DNA from: an uncultured Methanosarcinales archaeon
Lineage (GTDB): Archaea; Nanobdellota; Nanobdellia; Woesearchaeales; UBA583
NCBI GenBank assembly: GCA_964621065.1
Contig: CAZULG010000001.1
Span: 11,082-75,081 of the forward strand
Direction: 5' to 3'
Length of the DNA: 64,000 nt
Under the pieces are notes generated by a model. That model made no database searches, had not been told where the DNA came from, and saw nothing but the letters and a program-made list of their open reading frames with translations. Both the position numbers and the translations under genes were made by a program. Positions 1 to 9,812 of this stretch are shown piece by piece; positions within the stretch are counted from its first letter, which is position 1, and each line of letters begins with the position of its first letter.

Positions 1-783
1 ACGTTTTCTCTCTCTCACACATTACATTCAGGACAATTTTTCAATTATTTATATGATGAGAAGGATGAGAGTTATATTATAGTTGATGGAAAAAAAATTT
101 TCAAAGTTAAACAAGTAGAAAAAATACTCTATTATGAACATATTAATGAAGAATCATTAAAAGCATTTTTAGGACTTAATTTTAATATCAACACTATTAA
201 ACATTTTGAGGATGAGTATTTTCAACAAGCATTTTTAGCTTGCGAAGGAATTCGTGTTATGAAGTGCGATGTATTTCAAACTATAATTTCATTTATCTGC
301 TCAGCTGCTGCAAATATATCTAAGATAAAAAATAACGTAAAACTAATTTCACAAAATTTTGGAGAATATAGTTCTGAGTTTAATACATATTGCTTTCCTG
401 CTCCTGAAAAAATTAATGATTTAGAATTATTAAAAAAATGTAGAGTTGGGTATCGTGCAAAATATATTCTAGAAGTTTCACAATACTTTGCAAAACATCC
501 TTTTGCTCTTAAAGAATTAGAAGATATGAACTATTATGATGCAATGGGTTTTCTACAAACGCTCCTAGGAATTGGTTCAAAGATTGCAAATTGCATTTGC
601 TTATTTGCACTCAATCACTATGAAGCATTTCCTGTAGATACATGGATTGAGAAAATTTTAAAAGAAGAATATAAATTTGTGGGAAATAACAAACAACTTG
701 AATTTTTAGCAAAAGAATATTTTAAAGAGTATGCAGGATATTATCAACAATATTTATTTCATTATTCACGAACAAAAAAATAA
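1..783 (+). CDS. ogg1: 8-oxoguanine DNA glycosylase/AP lyase (OGG1/HhH-GPD family), 5'-truncated by window
   Basis: Frame is open from base 1 (TFSLSHTLHSGQFF resembles the OGG N-terminal motif). Contains GYRAKYI, HhH motif LLGIGSKIANC, AFPVDTWI and YAGYYQQYLF. Confidence 0.85.
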   Translation, partial: TFSLSHTLHSGQFFNYLYDEKDESYIIVDGKKIFKVKQVEKILYYEHINEESLKAFLGLNFNINTIKHFEDEYFQQAFLACEGIRVMKCDVFQTIISFICSAAANISKIKNNVKLISQNFGEYSSEFNTYCFPAPEKINDLELLKKCRVGYRAKYILEVSQYFAKHPFALKELEDMNYYDAMGFLQTLLGIGSKIANCICLFALNHYEAFPVDTWIEKILKEEYKFVGNNKQLEFLAKEYFKEYAGYYQQYLFHYSRTKK

Positions 784-819
784 GAATTCAAATTCATATA
801 TTTTTTTTAATTAATTTAA

Positions 820-1296
820 TTAATTCAACACATATAAACTCAAATTAAGTATTGTTGCAAACAAAACCCATAATACATATGGAACCCATAAATAAAAACT
901 AATTACATCGAGTTTGTAATACTTATACAAAATATAGAGTAAAGTTGTAAGTAATATTAATATGAGTATGAGAGCATATCCTACTTCTTGAAATAAAAAG
1001 AATAATGGAGTCCATAATGAATTAAGAATGAGTTGAAATCCATACAAAAAATACATCTGATATTTTTGAGAATCTTGAATTATTATTGAATTATAAATTC
1101 TAAAAATAGAAATTGCCATAAAGAGATACAAAGTAATCCAAACAGGACCAAATAGCCATGAGGGTGGATTGAAAAAAGGTTTTTCCAACGATTGAAACCA
1201 CTCAGAATTAGGATTTGAAAAAGGAGTCCAAATACCTCCTATGAATTGAGTAATTATAATTAAAGCAATTAAAATAGCAAAGGATTTTAAATTCAT
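820..1296 (-). CDS. tspO: TspO/MBR tryptophan-rich sensory protein
   Basis: WFQSLEKPFFNPPSWLFGPVW, LNSLWTPLFF and PYVLWVLFATILN. Start moved to MNLKSF (1296) from the ORF-track start at 1356. Confidence 0.92.
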   Translation of the reverse strand: MNLKSFAILIALIIITQFIGGIWTPFSNPNSEWFQSLEKPFFNPPSWLFGPVWITLYLFMAISIFRIYNSIIIQDSQKYQMYFLYGFQLILNSLWTPLFFLFQEVGYALILILILLTTLLYILYKYYKLDVISFYLWVPYVLWVLFATILNLSLYVLN

Positions 1297-1399
1297 AATA
1301 ATCCTAGAACTTACATATTTATAAATTTTTATTATAATGTATTTAAAATATAACAAGTAAGAAAAATGTTTAGTAGATGTAAAGATAATAAAATAAAAA

Positions 1400-2211
1400 A
1401 TGAAACTTGCTATAATTAATGATATTCATTATGGAGATGAAAGAATTGATAATGGAGTTGTTAGAAAATTTAGTAAACAAACTGATACCCTAGTTTCTAA
1501 TTTTATCGATGATATGAATTCAAATATAAAACCTGAATTTATAATTATTCTTGGAGATTTAATAGAGTCAAAAAATCATAAAATAGATGTAAAAAATTTA
1601 AATTACATTAAATCAAAATTAGAAAATAATCTTAATTCTAATCTTTTTTATTGTATTGGAAATCATGAACAAAGAACATTAAAAAAAGAAGAAGTAAACA
1701 CAATTCTAAATTTAAAAAATCAATATTATTCATTTGATAACGAAGAATTACATTTTATTATTTTATATTCAATTGAAGTTAATTCCAAAAATTTTAAAGA
1801 TTCTTACAATTATATTGATGATAAGCAAATTAAATAGCTCAAGGAAGATTTACAAAATACAACTAAAAAAACAATTATATTTGTACATCACTCTTTAGCT
1901 GATCAAAATTTAGAGAGAAACCCTTATTTTAGTAATAGAGAGAATAATTGTCTAATTAAAAATAGAGAAGAAATTAGAAGAATTATAGAACAATCAAATA
2001 AGGTGGTTTGTATATATTTAATAGTCACATTCACTGGAATAACATTAATTATAATAACAACATTCCCTACATCACATTGCAATCGTTAGTTGAAAATGAG
2101 GAAAATAAAGGAATTCCTGCAGGCACATACACAATTGTAATTATTAAAAATAATGAGATAAATGTAGATATTAAAGGAAATTTTCCTCAAAAATATATAT
2201 TTAATATTTAA
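1400..2211 (+). pseudogene. Calcineurin-like metallophosphoesterase, disrupted
   Basis: DIH, GD and GNHE motifs. In-frame TAG at 1835-1837 sits where W is expected (QIK*LKEDL). The frame continues through IFVHH, then a 2-bp shift in a TA run near 2010 leads into the FNSHIHW frame. Confidence 0.85.
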
Positions 2212-2396
2212 AAAATATAATTTATGCTAACTATTATTAATCAAAAATAATATATATAATTGTTAAAAGTAATTAGCATTTATTTAAATATTTGCTTTTT
2301 TCCCATAAATTTTTGAGTGATATTTTTTAAACATAACATAAACTAGCTATTTTTGATTAATATATTTAATAAAAATATAAAATTACGAACTATGAT

Positions 2397-2598
2397 TTTT
2401 GATAGTTATTTTTAAGTTATTTTTTATAACTAGAAACGAAATTCAATTCACATCTTTAATTATGTAATTTAAAAAATTCTATTTTGATAGTTATTTTTAA
2501 AAAAAATATGAATAATAAATATCACATATTATTGTAATTACTAGTAATATTTAGATTTATTAGAATTAAATAAAATTAATTTTGATAGTTATTTTTAA
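2397..2598 (+). repeat. Three exact copies of TTTTGATAGTTATTTTTAA
   Basis: Copies at 2397-2415, 2482-2500 and 2580-2598 within a 680-bp non-coding AT-rich gap. Confidence 0.8.
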
Positions 2599-2891
2599 TA
2601 TAAAAAACAGATGAAAGATTATATATTCTTATAATTGACAATAGTTTTTAGAACAGTAAAATATTAAATAAAATTATTTTGATAAATATATTTAAAAAAT
2701 TAAAGCTTAAAATTAGTTAGCATAATTACAAATATTTTGAAAAAAATAATAATCAAAAATTATAATTAATGCTAATTATTTATTCTTATAAAGTTTTATA
2801 AGATAGCGATATAAATTTCACACTTTTTATCTCCTAATTTTGATAGAAATTACAAAAAATTAAATAGATTAAGAATTTATTCATAAAAAGT

Positions 2892-3260
2892 ATGATGATC
2901 TTCAATATAGTATTTATTGTAACATTTATTATAACAAGATTACTAACATACTCTCTACACGATAAAAAAGATTATAATTCTAATACAATCACTGAGTACA
3001 TTAGAAAAAAAAGCAATTTTGAATTTCACCATATACATATAGGAATTTTATTGTTAGTAGTATTGACTATATTTACTCAATTCCTTCAAATTAATGAAAT
3101 TATTTATTACCTACTTCTAGCAATTTCTCTTTCTTTAATTGTAGATCAATTATTTCCCCTATTAAAAATATGTTGTTATTTTTCAAAATATTCATTAATT
3201 GCAGCAGTTGTACTTCACATATCAGTATTAATTATATTTAATGGCACACATTATTTCTAA
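2892..3260 (+). CDS. Hypothetical membrane protein (FHHIHIG motif)
   Basis: 122 aa, about 4 hydrophobic segments, His cluster. Confidence 0.6.
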   Translation: MMIFNIVFIVTFIITRLLTYSLHDKKDYNSNTITEYIRKKSNFEFHHIHIGILLLVVLTIFTQFLQINEIIYYLLLAISLSLIVDQLFPLLKICCYFSKYSLIAAVVLHISVLIIFNGTHYF

Positions 3261-3403
3261 AAATCCTCAAAACACCCAAATTTAGCACTTCTGAGAACAA
3301 AAAGAAATGAAAACTAATATGAGAGAACTTTTTTATTTTTGTATACAAAAATACATTAAAAATCCTTAAAATTGGCTTAAATATTATTATTTTTAACTAT
3401 AAA

Positions 3404-3431
3404 AGTTCGTATAATATACATTATACGAACC
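3404..3431. other. Putative Xer/dif-type site-specific recombination site
   Basis: AGTTCGTATAA-TATACA-TTATACGAACC: 11-6-11 architecture, 10-bp perfect inverted arms with TTCGTATAA cores, between convergent genes. Confidence 0.65.
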
Positions 3432-3439
3432 ATATTACA

Positions 3440-3811
3440 TCACCTTAGATATAAGCACAAGTAAAGAGAAAAAACAACCAAATATAATAAAATTATAAAT
3501 ATTGAACTAGAAATTTTAAATTTTTTATACTTAATTTCTATGATATATTTCTTCAAGATATTGGCTCCTAGGTATTCTCCTATTGTTCCAATAAGTGTAA
3601 CAAGAAGAATTGTGATAATGCTTGGAAAAATAATTAATTGAATTATTAAACTACTTATTGAAGTATTATTAATAATTTCAGTTGATATTAATATGACTAG
3701 AAACAGCAATAGTAATCTCACAGCTATTTTTTGAAGGAGTGTTTTCCTAATTGGTCGTTTATCATATTTATGTTTATATTTTTTAAATTTAATTGAAAAA
3801 TCTTTCATCAT
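3440..3811 (-). CDS. Hypothetical membrane protein
   Basis: 123-aa ORF, about 3 TM segments, low complexity. Confidence 0.45.
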   Translation of the reverse strand: MMKDFSIKFKKYKHKYDKRPIRKTLLQKIAVRLLLLFLVILISTEIINNTSISSLIIQLIIFPSIITILLVTLIGTIGEYLGANILKKYIIEIKYKKFKISSSIFIILLYLVVFSLYLCLYLR

Positions 3812-4095
3812 TTTATTATGTATTCAATATTTGATAAATCTAATGTTTTGATATATAATTTAGTACTAAAAGTGTGAATTTATTAGAACATATAATAAAA
3901 TTAATAATTGTCATCTTTGTTAGTAATATTTAAGCATAATGTGGCAAAACAATTACTATAATTAAATAGCATTGACAGAAATTTTTTAGCAATAACTATA
4001 CTTGATTTTTATATAAATATTAGTTTTTGACAATAATATTTAAGAAAATACTAATAAATTATTTGTTTGATTTTTTCTATCATTGCTAAATATAA

Positions 4096-4500
4096 TTAAT
4101 CTTTTTCAAATAAAATATATTCTATCATATCTTCTGTAATTGTTTCATCAATTCCTGCTTCAAGTGGAGAAATGATAGGACAATTTATCCATGGATTCAT
4201 CCATCCTTCTTTAATTCTTGTTAAGTAATGTCCATAAGGATATTTATTGGAAGATTTAATAAAGATAATCGTTCTAGGTTTTTTAAGTATTTTTGATACT
4301 TATTTGAATATTTTCTAAATGAATAATTATTTTTGTCATACAATTTAAGTAATTTTTTTAACTCAGGCATATAAAATCCAACTTCAAGAGCATCTTGAGG
4401 ATTTTTTGCATTTACTAAGAACATTATTATATGAATCTCCTACTACTGATGCAACACAAGCAATCCCACAGCCCATATTATGTCTTTGTTTTACAATCAT
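4096..4500 (-). pseudogene. C39-like/papain-fold cysteine peptidase, two frameshifts
   Basis: Manual translation: MIVKQRHNMGCGIACVASV...; +1 shift in an A6 run; ...YQKYLK; -1 shift in an A6 run; PRTIIFIKSSNKYPYGHYLTRIKEGWMNPW...EKD*. Q..C, H and N-P catalytic pattern. Confidence 0.7.
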
Positions 4501-4952
4501 AAAAAGTGTGAAAGTTATTTCTCTTTAACTATTTTTGTTACTGTTAAAACATAATTTTTATTAATTTAAATTTTTGTAAATTGTAATTTTTGATTAATAT
4601 TTTTTATCTAATTGTGATTGAATATTATTATCAAAATTAAAATATTATGTATTCACAGAAACAATTATTTTAATATTGAGAAAAATGTTATATCGAATTA
4701 TTAAATAAAATCTCTCAATTAAAAGTGTGAAAATTATTTCTCAATTGAATAAGAAATAATGAGTTTTTGATTGAAAATAACAAACAACGATGATTATTTT
4801 GATATTAAGTTTAATGAGAATCAAGATATTAATTTATAGAATAGTTAAAAGATAGTATTTTTAATAAAAAGTTATTATCAATAACCATAAAAAATCATAA
4901 AAAGTAGATAAAATCACGATAACTATATAAGTCCAGAAAACATACTACAAAT

Positions 4953-5165
4953 ATGATAAAAAAAGAACATATAAATCAAAAAAACATTTGGATTTTAGTA
5001 TTAACTATCATTGTAATAATTTTAGTTTGGGGAATTATTGGAGGAAATGTTGCACAATCTGTTGGTATAACATGTAATGCTGGTATTGGAGATGTGTTAT
5101 GTTGGTTTTGGGAGACAAATGCAATTGGAGATTTAGGTGATACAATAGATGAGATATTTAATTAG
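4953..5165 (+). CDS. Small membrane protein
   Basis: 70 aa, N-terminal TM, Cys pair, TATA-like box about 25 nt upstream. Confidence 0.6.
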   Translation: MIKKEHINQKNIWILVLTIIVIILVWGIIGGNVAQSVGITCNAGIGDVLCWFWETNAIGDLGDTIDEIFN

Positions 5166-5177
5166 TTAAATAAATAA

Positions 5178-5729
5178 TTAAAATCCCATCTCCTTTTTAA
5201 TCAATTTATGTGCCTTGTTAATTTGTTGAAATTCTTCCATACTTCCTCCTAAATCTGGATGATGTTTCCTTGCAAGTTTTTTATACGCTACATTAATTGT
5301 TTCAACATCTTGTTCATTTTCATCTAATTCAAGTAAGAGTTTAGCATCTTTTAAATCACTCTCTAATGATTTAACAGATTTGCTTGATTCTGTGAATAAT
5401 GAATAAAATTCTTGAATATCTTTTTTCCCATCAATAACTTCTCTTACTTCAATTTCAATGAGCTTTGAAATTAGATATAAATTATCAATAAACCGCTTTG
5501 CCATTGAATATGAATATCTACAATAATGCCTATCTAACCAAAATTCTAAAACTGCTGGCATATTCCTATTTGCAAGACTTGGAATTTTAATCTCAACATC
5601 ATCTCGTTGAATTCCAATTTTTTTCAAATCATTCACAATATTATTTACAAAAATAACTGCTTTTCGATTATATCCACTTTTTGTAATTTTGAGACTAATT
5701 TCGTGACCTTTTAGAGAATATGAGTTCAT
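5178..5729 (-). CDS. J-domain (DnaJ-like) containing protein
   Basis: C-terminal AYKKLARKHHPDLGG...FQQINKAH. Confidence 0.85.
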   Translation of the reverse strand: MNSYSLKGHEISLKITKSGYNRKAVIFVNNIVNDLKKIGIQRDDVEIKIPSLANRNMPAVLEFWLDRHYCRYSYSMAKRFIDNLYLISKLIEIEVREVIDGKKDIQEFYSLFTESSKSVKSLESDLKDAKLLLELDENEQDVETINVAYKKLARKHHPDLGGSMEEFQQINKAHKLIKKEMGF

Positions 5730-5870
5730 TTTTTAACTTATATATTATAAAATTATTCTTATATTTATAAATTAATGAGATTAAGATACTAATTTTTAGT
5801 ATAAAAACAATTTCTTAACTACTCATTTTTTAAAAAAATATATAAAGACAAGAAATATAAAAACAAACAA

Positions 5871-6053
5871 ATGAAACATCAACAAATTGAAGAAACTATT
5901 TTTCAAACACTAGTAATTTTAATAATGGTCATAATTTTTGGAGTTATAGGTTTTCTATTAGAGTATGTATGGTCACAATTTTTATTTTATGTTTTGGCTT
6001 TAACATTAATTTATTACTCTGGAAAGTTGATAATTATTAAACAAAATCTTTAG
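5871..6053 (+). CDS. Small 2-TM hypothetical protein
   Basis: 60-aa hydrophobic ORF with upstream TATA-like box. Confidence 0.45.
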   Translation: MKHQQIEETIFQTLVILIMVIIFGVIGFLLEYVWSQFLFYVLALTLIYYSGKLIIIKQNL

Positions 6054-6129
6054 CAAAATAATGAATAGTTCCTAGATACTTTATTAATTTTAAGATTCAA
6101 AAAATTTTACTTTTATATTATTATTATTT

Positions 6130-7749
6130 TTATTTTTTGCTTACATATTTTGATTTGATATTATGTTGATCATCATAGTCAGTTCTTCCTTTCACTTGAG
6201 CCTTCAAATCATCTAAATTAGCTTCTTTTAAAGCAGTTAATGTGTAAAATTCAGTTTGTAATCCTTTCATCAAACTCCAACACATAACCACCAAAATTAA
6301 ACTAAATGGAATTGCCATTGTAATAACTGCAGTTTGAAGTGCAATTAATCCTCCTCCTATAAGTAATACAGCAGCTGTGAGTCCTTGCAAAATTGACCAA
6401 AATGCTCGTTGAGATTTTACTGAATATCCTTTTCCTCCTGAAGTTATGAGATCTATTACATATGAACCTGAATCTGAAGAAGTGACAAAAAATGTAATAA
6501 TTAAAATAACAGCTAAAAAACTAATTATCTCACCAAAAGGAAGTTGTTCAAGTAGTAAAAACATAGACATTGAAACATCTTCTTGAATGATTGAGGTGAT
6601 TTGTGCATTATCTCCAAGTAGATTAATTGCTGCATTTCCAAATATACTAAACCATAAAAATGTAAGAATTGCAGGTACAAATAATACTCCTCCTATAAAT
6701 TCTTTAATAGTTCTTCCTTTTGAAATTCTCGCAATAAACATTCCAACATACGGAGCCCATGAAATCCACCATGCCCAGTAGAACAGTGTCCACCCACTAA
6801 GCCACGTACTATCTATTGAAAATGTTTTCACAAGCGATAAATCAATAAAATCTTTAATATATACACCTGTGTTTAAAATAAATTGTGATAAAATATGTAG
6901 TGTTGGACCAAACACAAGCACGTAAATGAGTAAAAATGCACCTAATGCCATATTTATAATACTGAACCACTTAATTCCTTTTTTGACGCCTGAGACTACT
7001 GAGAATGTAGCAAGTGATGTAATGAGCAGAATTAATGATATTTTACTCGCAATACTGTCTTCTATACCAAATAAATAATTTAATCCAGTATTAATTTGAA
7101 TAACTCCAAGACCTAGCGAAGTTGCAACTCCAAAGAGCGTTGAGACAACTGCAAAAATATCTATTGCATGTCCTGGCCAACGGTAAACCCTATCTTTTAA
7201 TAATGGATAAAATGTGAAGCGAAACGAAAAAGGAAGTTCTCTTCTAAATCCAACATATGCTAGAGATAATCCTACAATTACATATGTTGCCCAAGCGTGT
7301 AACCCCCAATTTAAATATGTGTATTTCATCGCAATTGACTGATTTGAATCACCATCTACAACAGGAGGTTCTACATAATGCATCACAGGTTCTGCCACAC
7401 CATAAAACAAAATTCCAATTCCCATCCCCGCACTAAAGAGCATTGAGAGCCAAGTAATGTAGCTATATTCAGGTTTTGAATAATCTCCTCCAAGTTTTAT
7501 GACTCCAAATTTACTAAAATACAAATAAATAACAAGAACTAGAAATATTGTCATTGAAAAAATAATCAACCAATTAAATTGAATAATTATAAATTGATTT
7601 AATTCCAGTACAACTTTTTCAAATTGTTTAGAAAAGAAAAAACCAATAAATGCAAGAGAGAGTATGATAAATGCAGAAGTGAAAAATACGGGTGTATTAA
7701 TATGTTGTTCAATATAGTTTGAAATTGACTGTTTCATATCAGAATCCAT
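6130..7749 (-). CDS. BCCT family betaine/carnitine/choline transporter
   Basis: WLSMLFSAGMGIG, WGLHAW and WTLFYWAWWISWAPYVGMFIARISKGRT signatures. Start probably MDSDMK (7749). Confidence 0.95.
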   Translation of the reverse strand: MDSDMKQSISNYIEQHINTPVFFTSAFIILSLAFIGFFFSKQFEKVVLELNQFIIIQFNWLIIFSMTIFLVLVIYLYFSKFGVIKLGGDYSKPEYSYITWLSMLFSAGMGIGILFYGVAEPVMHYVEPPVVDGDSNQSIAMKYTYLNWGLHAWATYVIVGLSLAYVGFRRELPFSFRFTFYPLLKDRVYRWPGHAIDIFAVVSTLFGVATSLGLGVIQINTGLNYLFGIEDSIASKISLILLITSLATFSVVSGVKKGIKWFSIINMALGAFLLIYVLVFGPTLHILSQFILNTGVYIKDFIDLSLVKTFSIDSTWLSGWTLFYWAWWISWAPYVGMFIARISKGRTIKEFIGGVLFVPAILTFLWFSIFGNAAINLLGDNAQITSIIQEDVSMSMFLLLEQLPFGEIISFLAVILIITFFVTSSDSGSYVIDLITSGGKGYSVKSQRAFWSILQGLTAAVLLIGGGLIALQTAVITMAIPFSLILVVMCWSLMKGLQTEFYTLTALKEANLDDLKAQVKGRTDYDDQHNIKSKYVSKK

Positions 7750-7875
7750 TGAATATATAGAAAAATATAAATTCAATTTATAAATAATAAGAACTATGAG
7801 TAAGTGATATTCTCTATCAAATTATAGAGTTAATTATGTACAAAGTATATATTTAGAGAAAATCAATCTGAAAAA

Positions 7876-8529
7876 TTAATCATTTAAAAAATCTAAATTT
7901 ACTGAACAACTTGAGCCTGTGACACATGAACCATCCCCTTGGCTATCTCCTACATACCCTTCTGGAATTCTCTCTTTGCAAATGTTTGAGTCAATACATG
8001 CCTTATTAGTTACATTGTTAATATAGAATTCTTCTTCCTCTTGTGTATAGTCACCAACTAATATGAGGATTTGGTCTAAATCTTGAGCTATATACTTTTC
8101 ATATTCTTCATTTTCTTCTCCATTGACAAACATATTTATTGAACTTTGATTATTCTCACAATAAGATTTGTTCTCATCTGTAACAAAGCAACTCTCATTA
8201 AATTTCATATCTAAAGATGTGAAAAACTCTTCAAGACTTATATTTTCTTTATGAAAGTGTATCACATCACCATTTCCATCATGTAGATGCACATAACCAT
8301 GTTTGTTAGAGTGAAGACCACTCATATATTTATCTTGCGAAAAATTGAGAACTGTTCCATTGACAACAACTAAAAAATCTGCGTGTGTGTGAAATTCATC
8401 TGAGCTATGATCTGTTGGTTGATGAGTTGAATGTGCTGAAGTTGGATTAATATTTGAATATAGAGCAACACTCACACCAAGTGTAATAATTGCAATAATG
8501 AGTAAATATAATAGATAATTTCTATTCAT
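7876..8529 (-). CDS. Membrane-anchored His-rich hypothetical protein (possible metal binding)
   Basis: N-terminal TM; HTHADF and VHLHDGNGDVIHFH; several Cys. Confidence 0.65.
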   Translation of the reverse strand: MNRNYLLYLLIIAIITLGVSVALYSNINPTSAHSTHQPTDHSSDEFHTHADFLVVVNGTVLNFSQDKYMSGLHSNKHGYVHLHDGNGDVIHFHKENISLEEFFTSLDMKFNESCFVTDENKSYCENNQSSINMFVNGEENEEYEKYIAQDLDQILILVGDYTQEEEEFYINNVTNKACIDSNICKERIPEGYVGDSQGDGSCVTGSSCSVNLDFLND

Positions 8530-8563
8530 ATATTATAAAATATTGAAGATTTTATAAATATAG

Positions 8564-8977
8564 TTATTTTTTATTCATCAATTCTTTTAAATTTACAATA
8601 AAATCAATAACATTGTTTGGATCCAACTTCTCTTTATTATATTGAGAAAAAACTAAACTATTGTCATTATTATCTCTTCCAATTCTCATTATAATTTTTC
8701 CATTTATTCCATTTTTTAATTTGGCAACTGGTAATCCCAAAGAGTTTAATTTAGTTCCACTAGTTTCATCTGGATTTATATCTCTACTGCCATCTAATTT
8801 TAAAATTTTAAATTTTCTATGAGGTATTAAATGAGGTCTTCCTTGAAACAAAATTAGTATTAATTCATCTGATAAATTTTTAAATTCATCATTTAATATT
8901 TTGATAAATGATTTTTCGTTTTCAAAATTTCCTAATTTATAATAAATTTCACTATTAGAATCGAATACCTTAATCAT
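8564..8977 (-). CDS. Hypothetical protein
   Basis: 137-aa ORF with upstream TATA-like box. Confidence 0.55.
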   Translation of the reverse strand: MIKVFDSNSEIYYKLGNFENEKSFIKILNDEFKNLSDELILILFQGRPHLIPHRKFKILKLDGSRDINPDETSGTKLNSLGLPVAKLKNGINGKIIMRIGRDNNDNSLVFSQYNKEKLDPNNVIDFIVNLKELMNKK

Positions 8978-9066
8978 TGTTATATTTTTTATATCTCTAA
9001 ATATATAAACTTATCTTTATCAATTGAGTTATGTGTCAGAAAATATTTTCAGTTTTTGATAGAGGA

Positions 9067-9198
9067 ATGTACAAAGATGCTAAACATTGTTTAAACTGTG
9101 GTAGAGTGTTTACAAAACGAAGAAAGTGGAATGATTGTTTTAATGAAGTTAAATTTTGTTCACAGAAATGTAGAGAAGAACATAAAAGATTTAACTAA
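9067..9198 (+). CDS. Small zinc-binding protein, DUF2256-like (missed by ORF track)
   Basis: MYKDAKHCLNCGRVFTKRRKWNDCFNEVKFCSQKCREEHKRFN*. Alternative in-frame ATG at 9031. Confidence 0.8.
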   Translation: MYKDAKHCLNCGRVFTKRRKWNDCFNEVKFCSQKCREEHKRFN

Positions 9199-9655
9199 AA
9201 TCAAAATAATCTGTTACATCAAATTTAGGGCTTATGAGTCCTTTAGGTGAATATATAAATAATGAATTTCCTATAAACAAATCATAAGATGGAAATCCTC
9301 TTTCCTTTAATTCATCATAAAAACAACAAGGAATTGAACACCTTCCTTTACCATCAATTTTATAAGTCATTAGCGCTTTTCCACCTTCACTTAATAAATG
9401 CTTCCCAGATAATCCTAACAATACTGGTGAATACTCCTCGCTATTAAATACAATATATCCAACCTTACACTCTCCTTCTTTATTTTTATTATTTTTGTTG
9501 AAATTTGGATTTATTAAAATTCTTTTATTATCATCAACTTTTCTTGTTCTATGGAAGAAATCTTCATTTAATTTATCAAGAATATTTTCTAGTTTATCTA
9601 GAGGGAAGGTTGGAGTAGTTTGAGCAATATTGTTGAGTATTATATTTTTTTCCAT
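9191..9655 (-). CDS. MraZ-like double SpoVT/AbrB domain protein
   Basis: Two repeats, RKVDDNKRILINPNF and YKIDGKGRCSIPCCF, resemble the MraZ D-x-K-G-R-x-x-I-P motif. Confidence 0.55.
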   Translation of the reverse strand: MEKNIILNNIAQTTPTFPLDKLENILDKLNEDFFHRTRKVDDNKRILINPNFNKNNKNKEGECKVGYIVFNSEEYSPVLLGLSGKHLLSEGGKALMTYKIDGKGRCSIPCCFYDELKERGFPSYDLFIGNSLFIYSPKGLISPKFDVTDYFDFS

Positions 9656-9812
9656 TTTACTTTAATATAGTAACAATTTAACATTTATAAAAATAATTTA
9701 AAATTTAGCTTAAATTTAGAAATTATTCTTTGTTAATGGTGATTATTCAATCTTGGTTTAATTATTTTAATGGAAGTTCTCTTTTTTGTTTAATTATGGA
9801 CGTAAATATTAA

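Noticed and set aside
1835..1837. TAG readthrough or alternative genetic code
   Set aside because: The same gene also has a frameshift, TAG ends conserved genes normally, and Trp is encoded by TGG elsewhere.
2397..2598. CRISPR array
   Set aside because: 19-bp non-palindromic repeats with 66-79 bp AT-rich spacers, only three copies, no cas genes.
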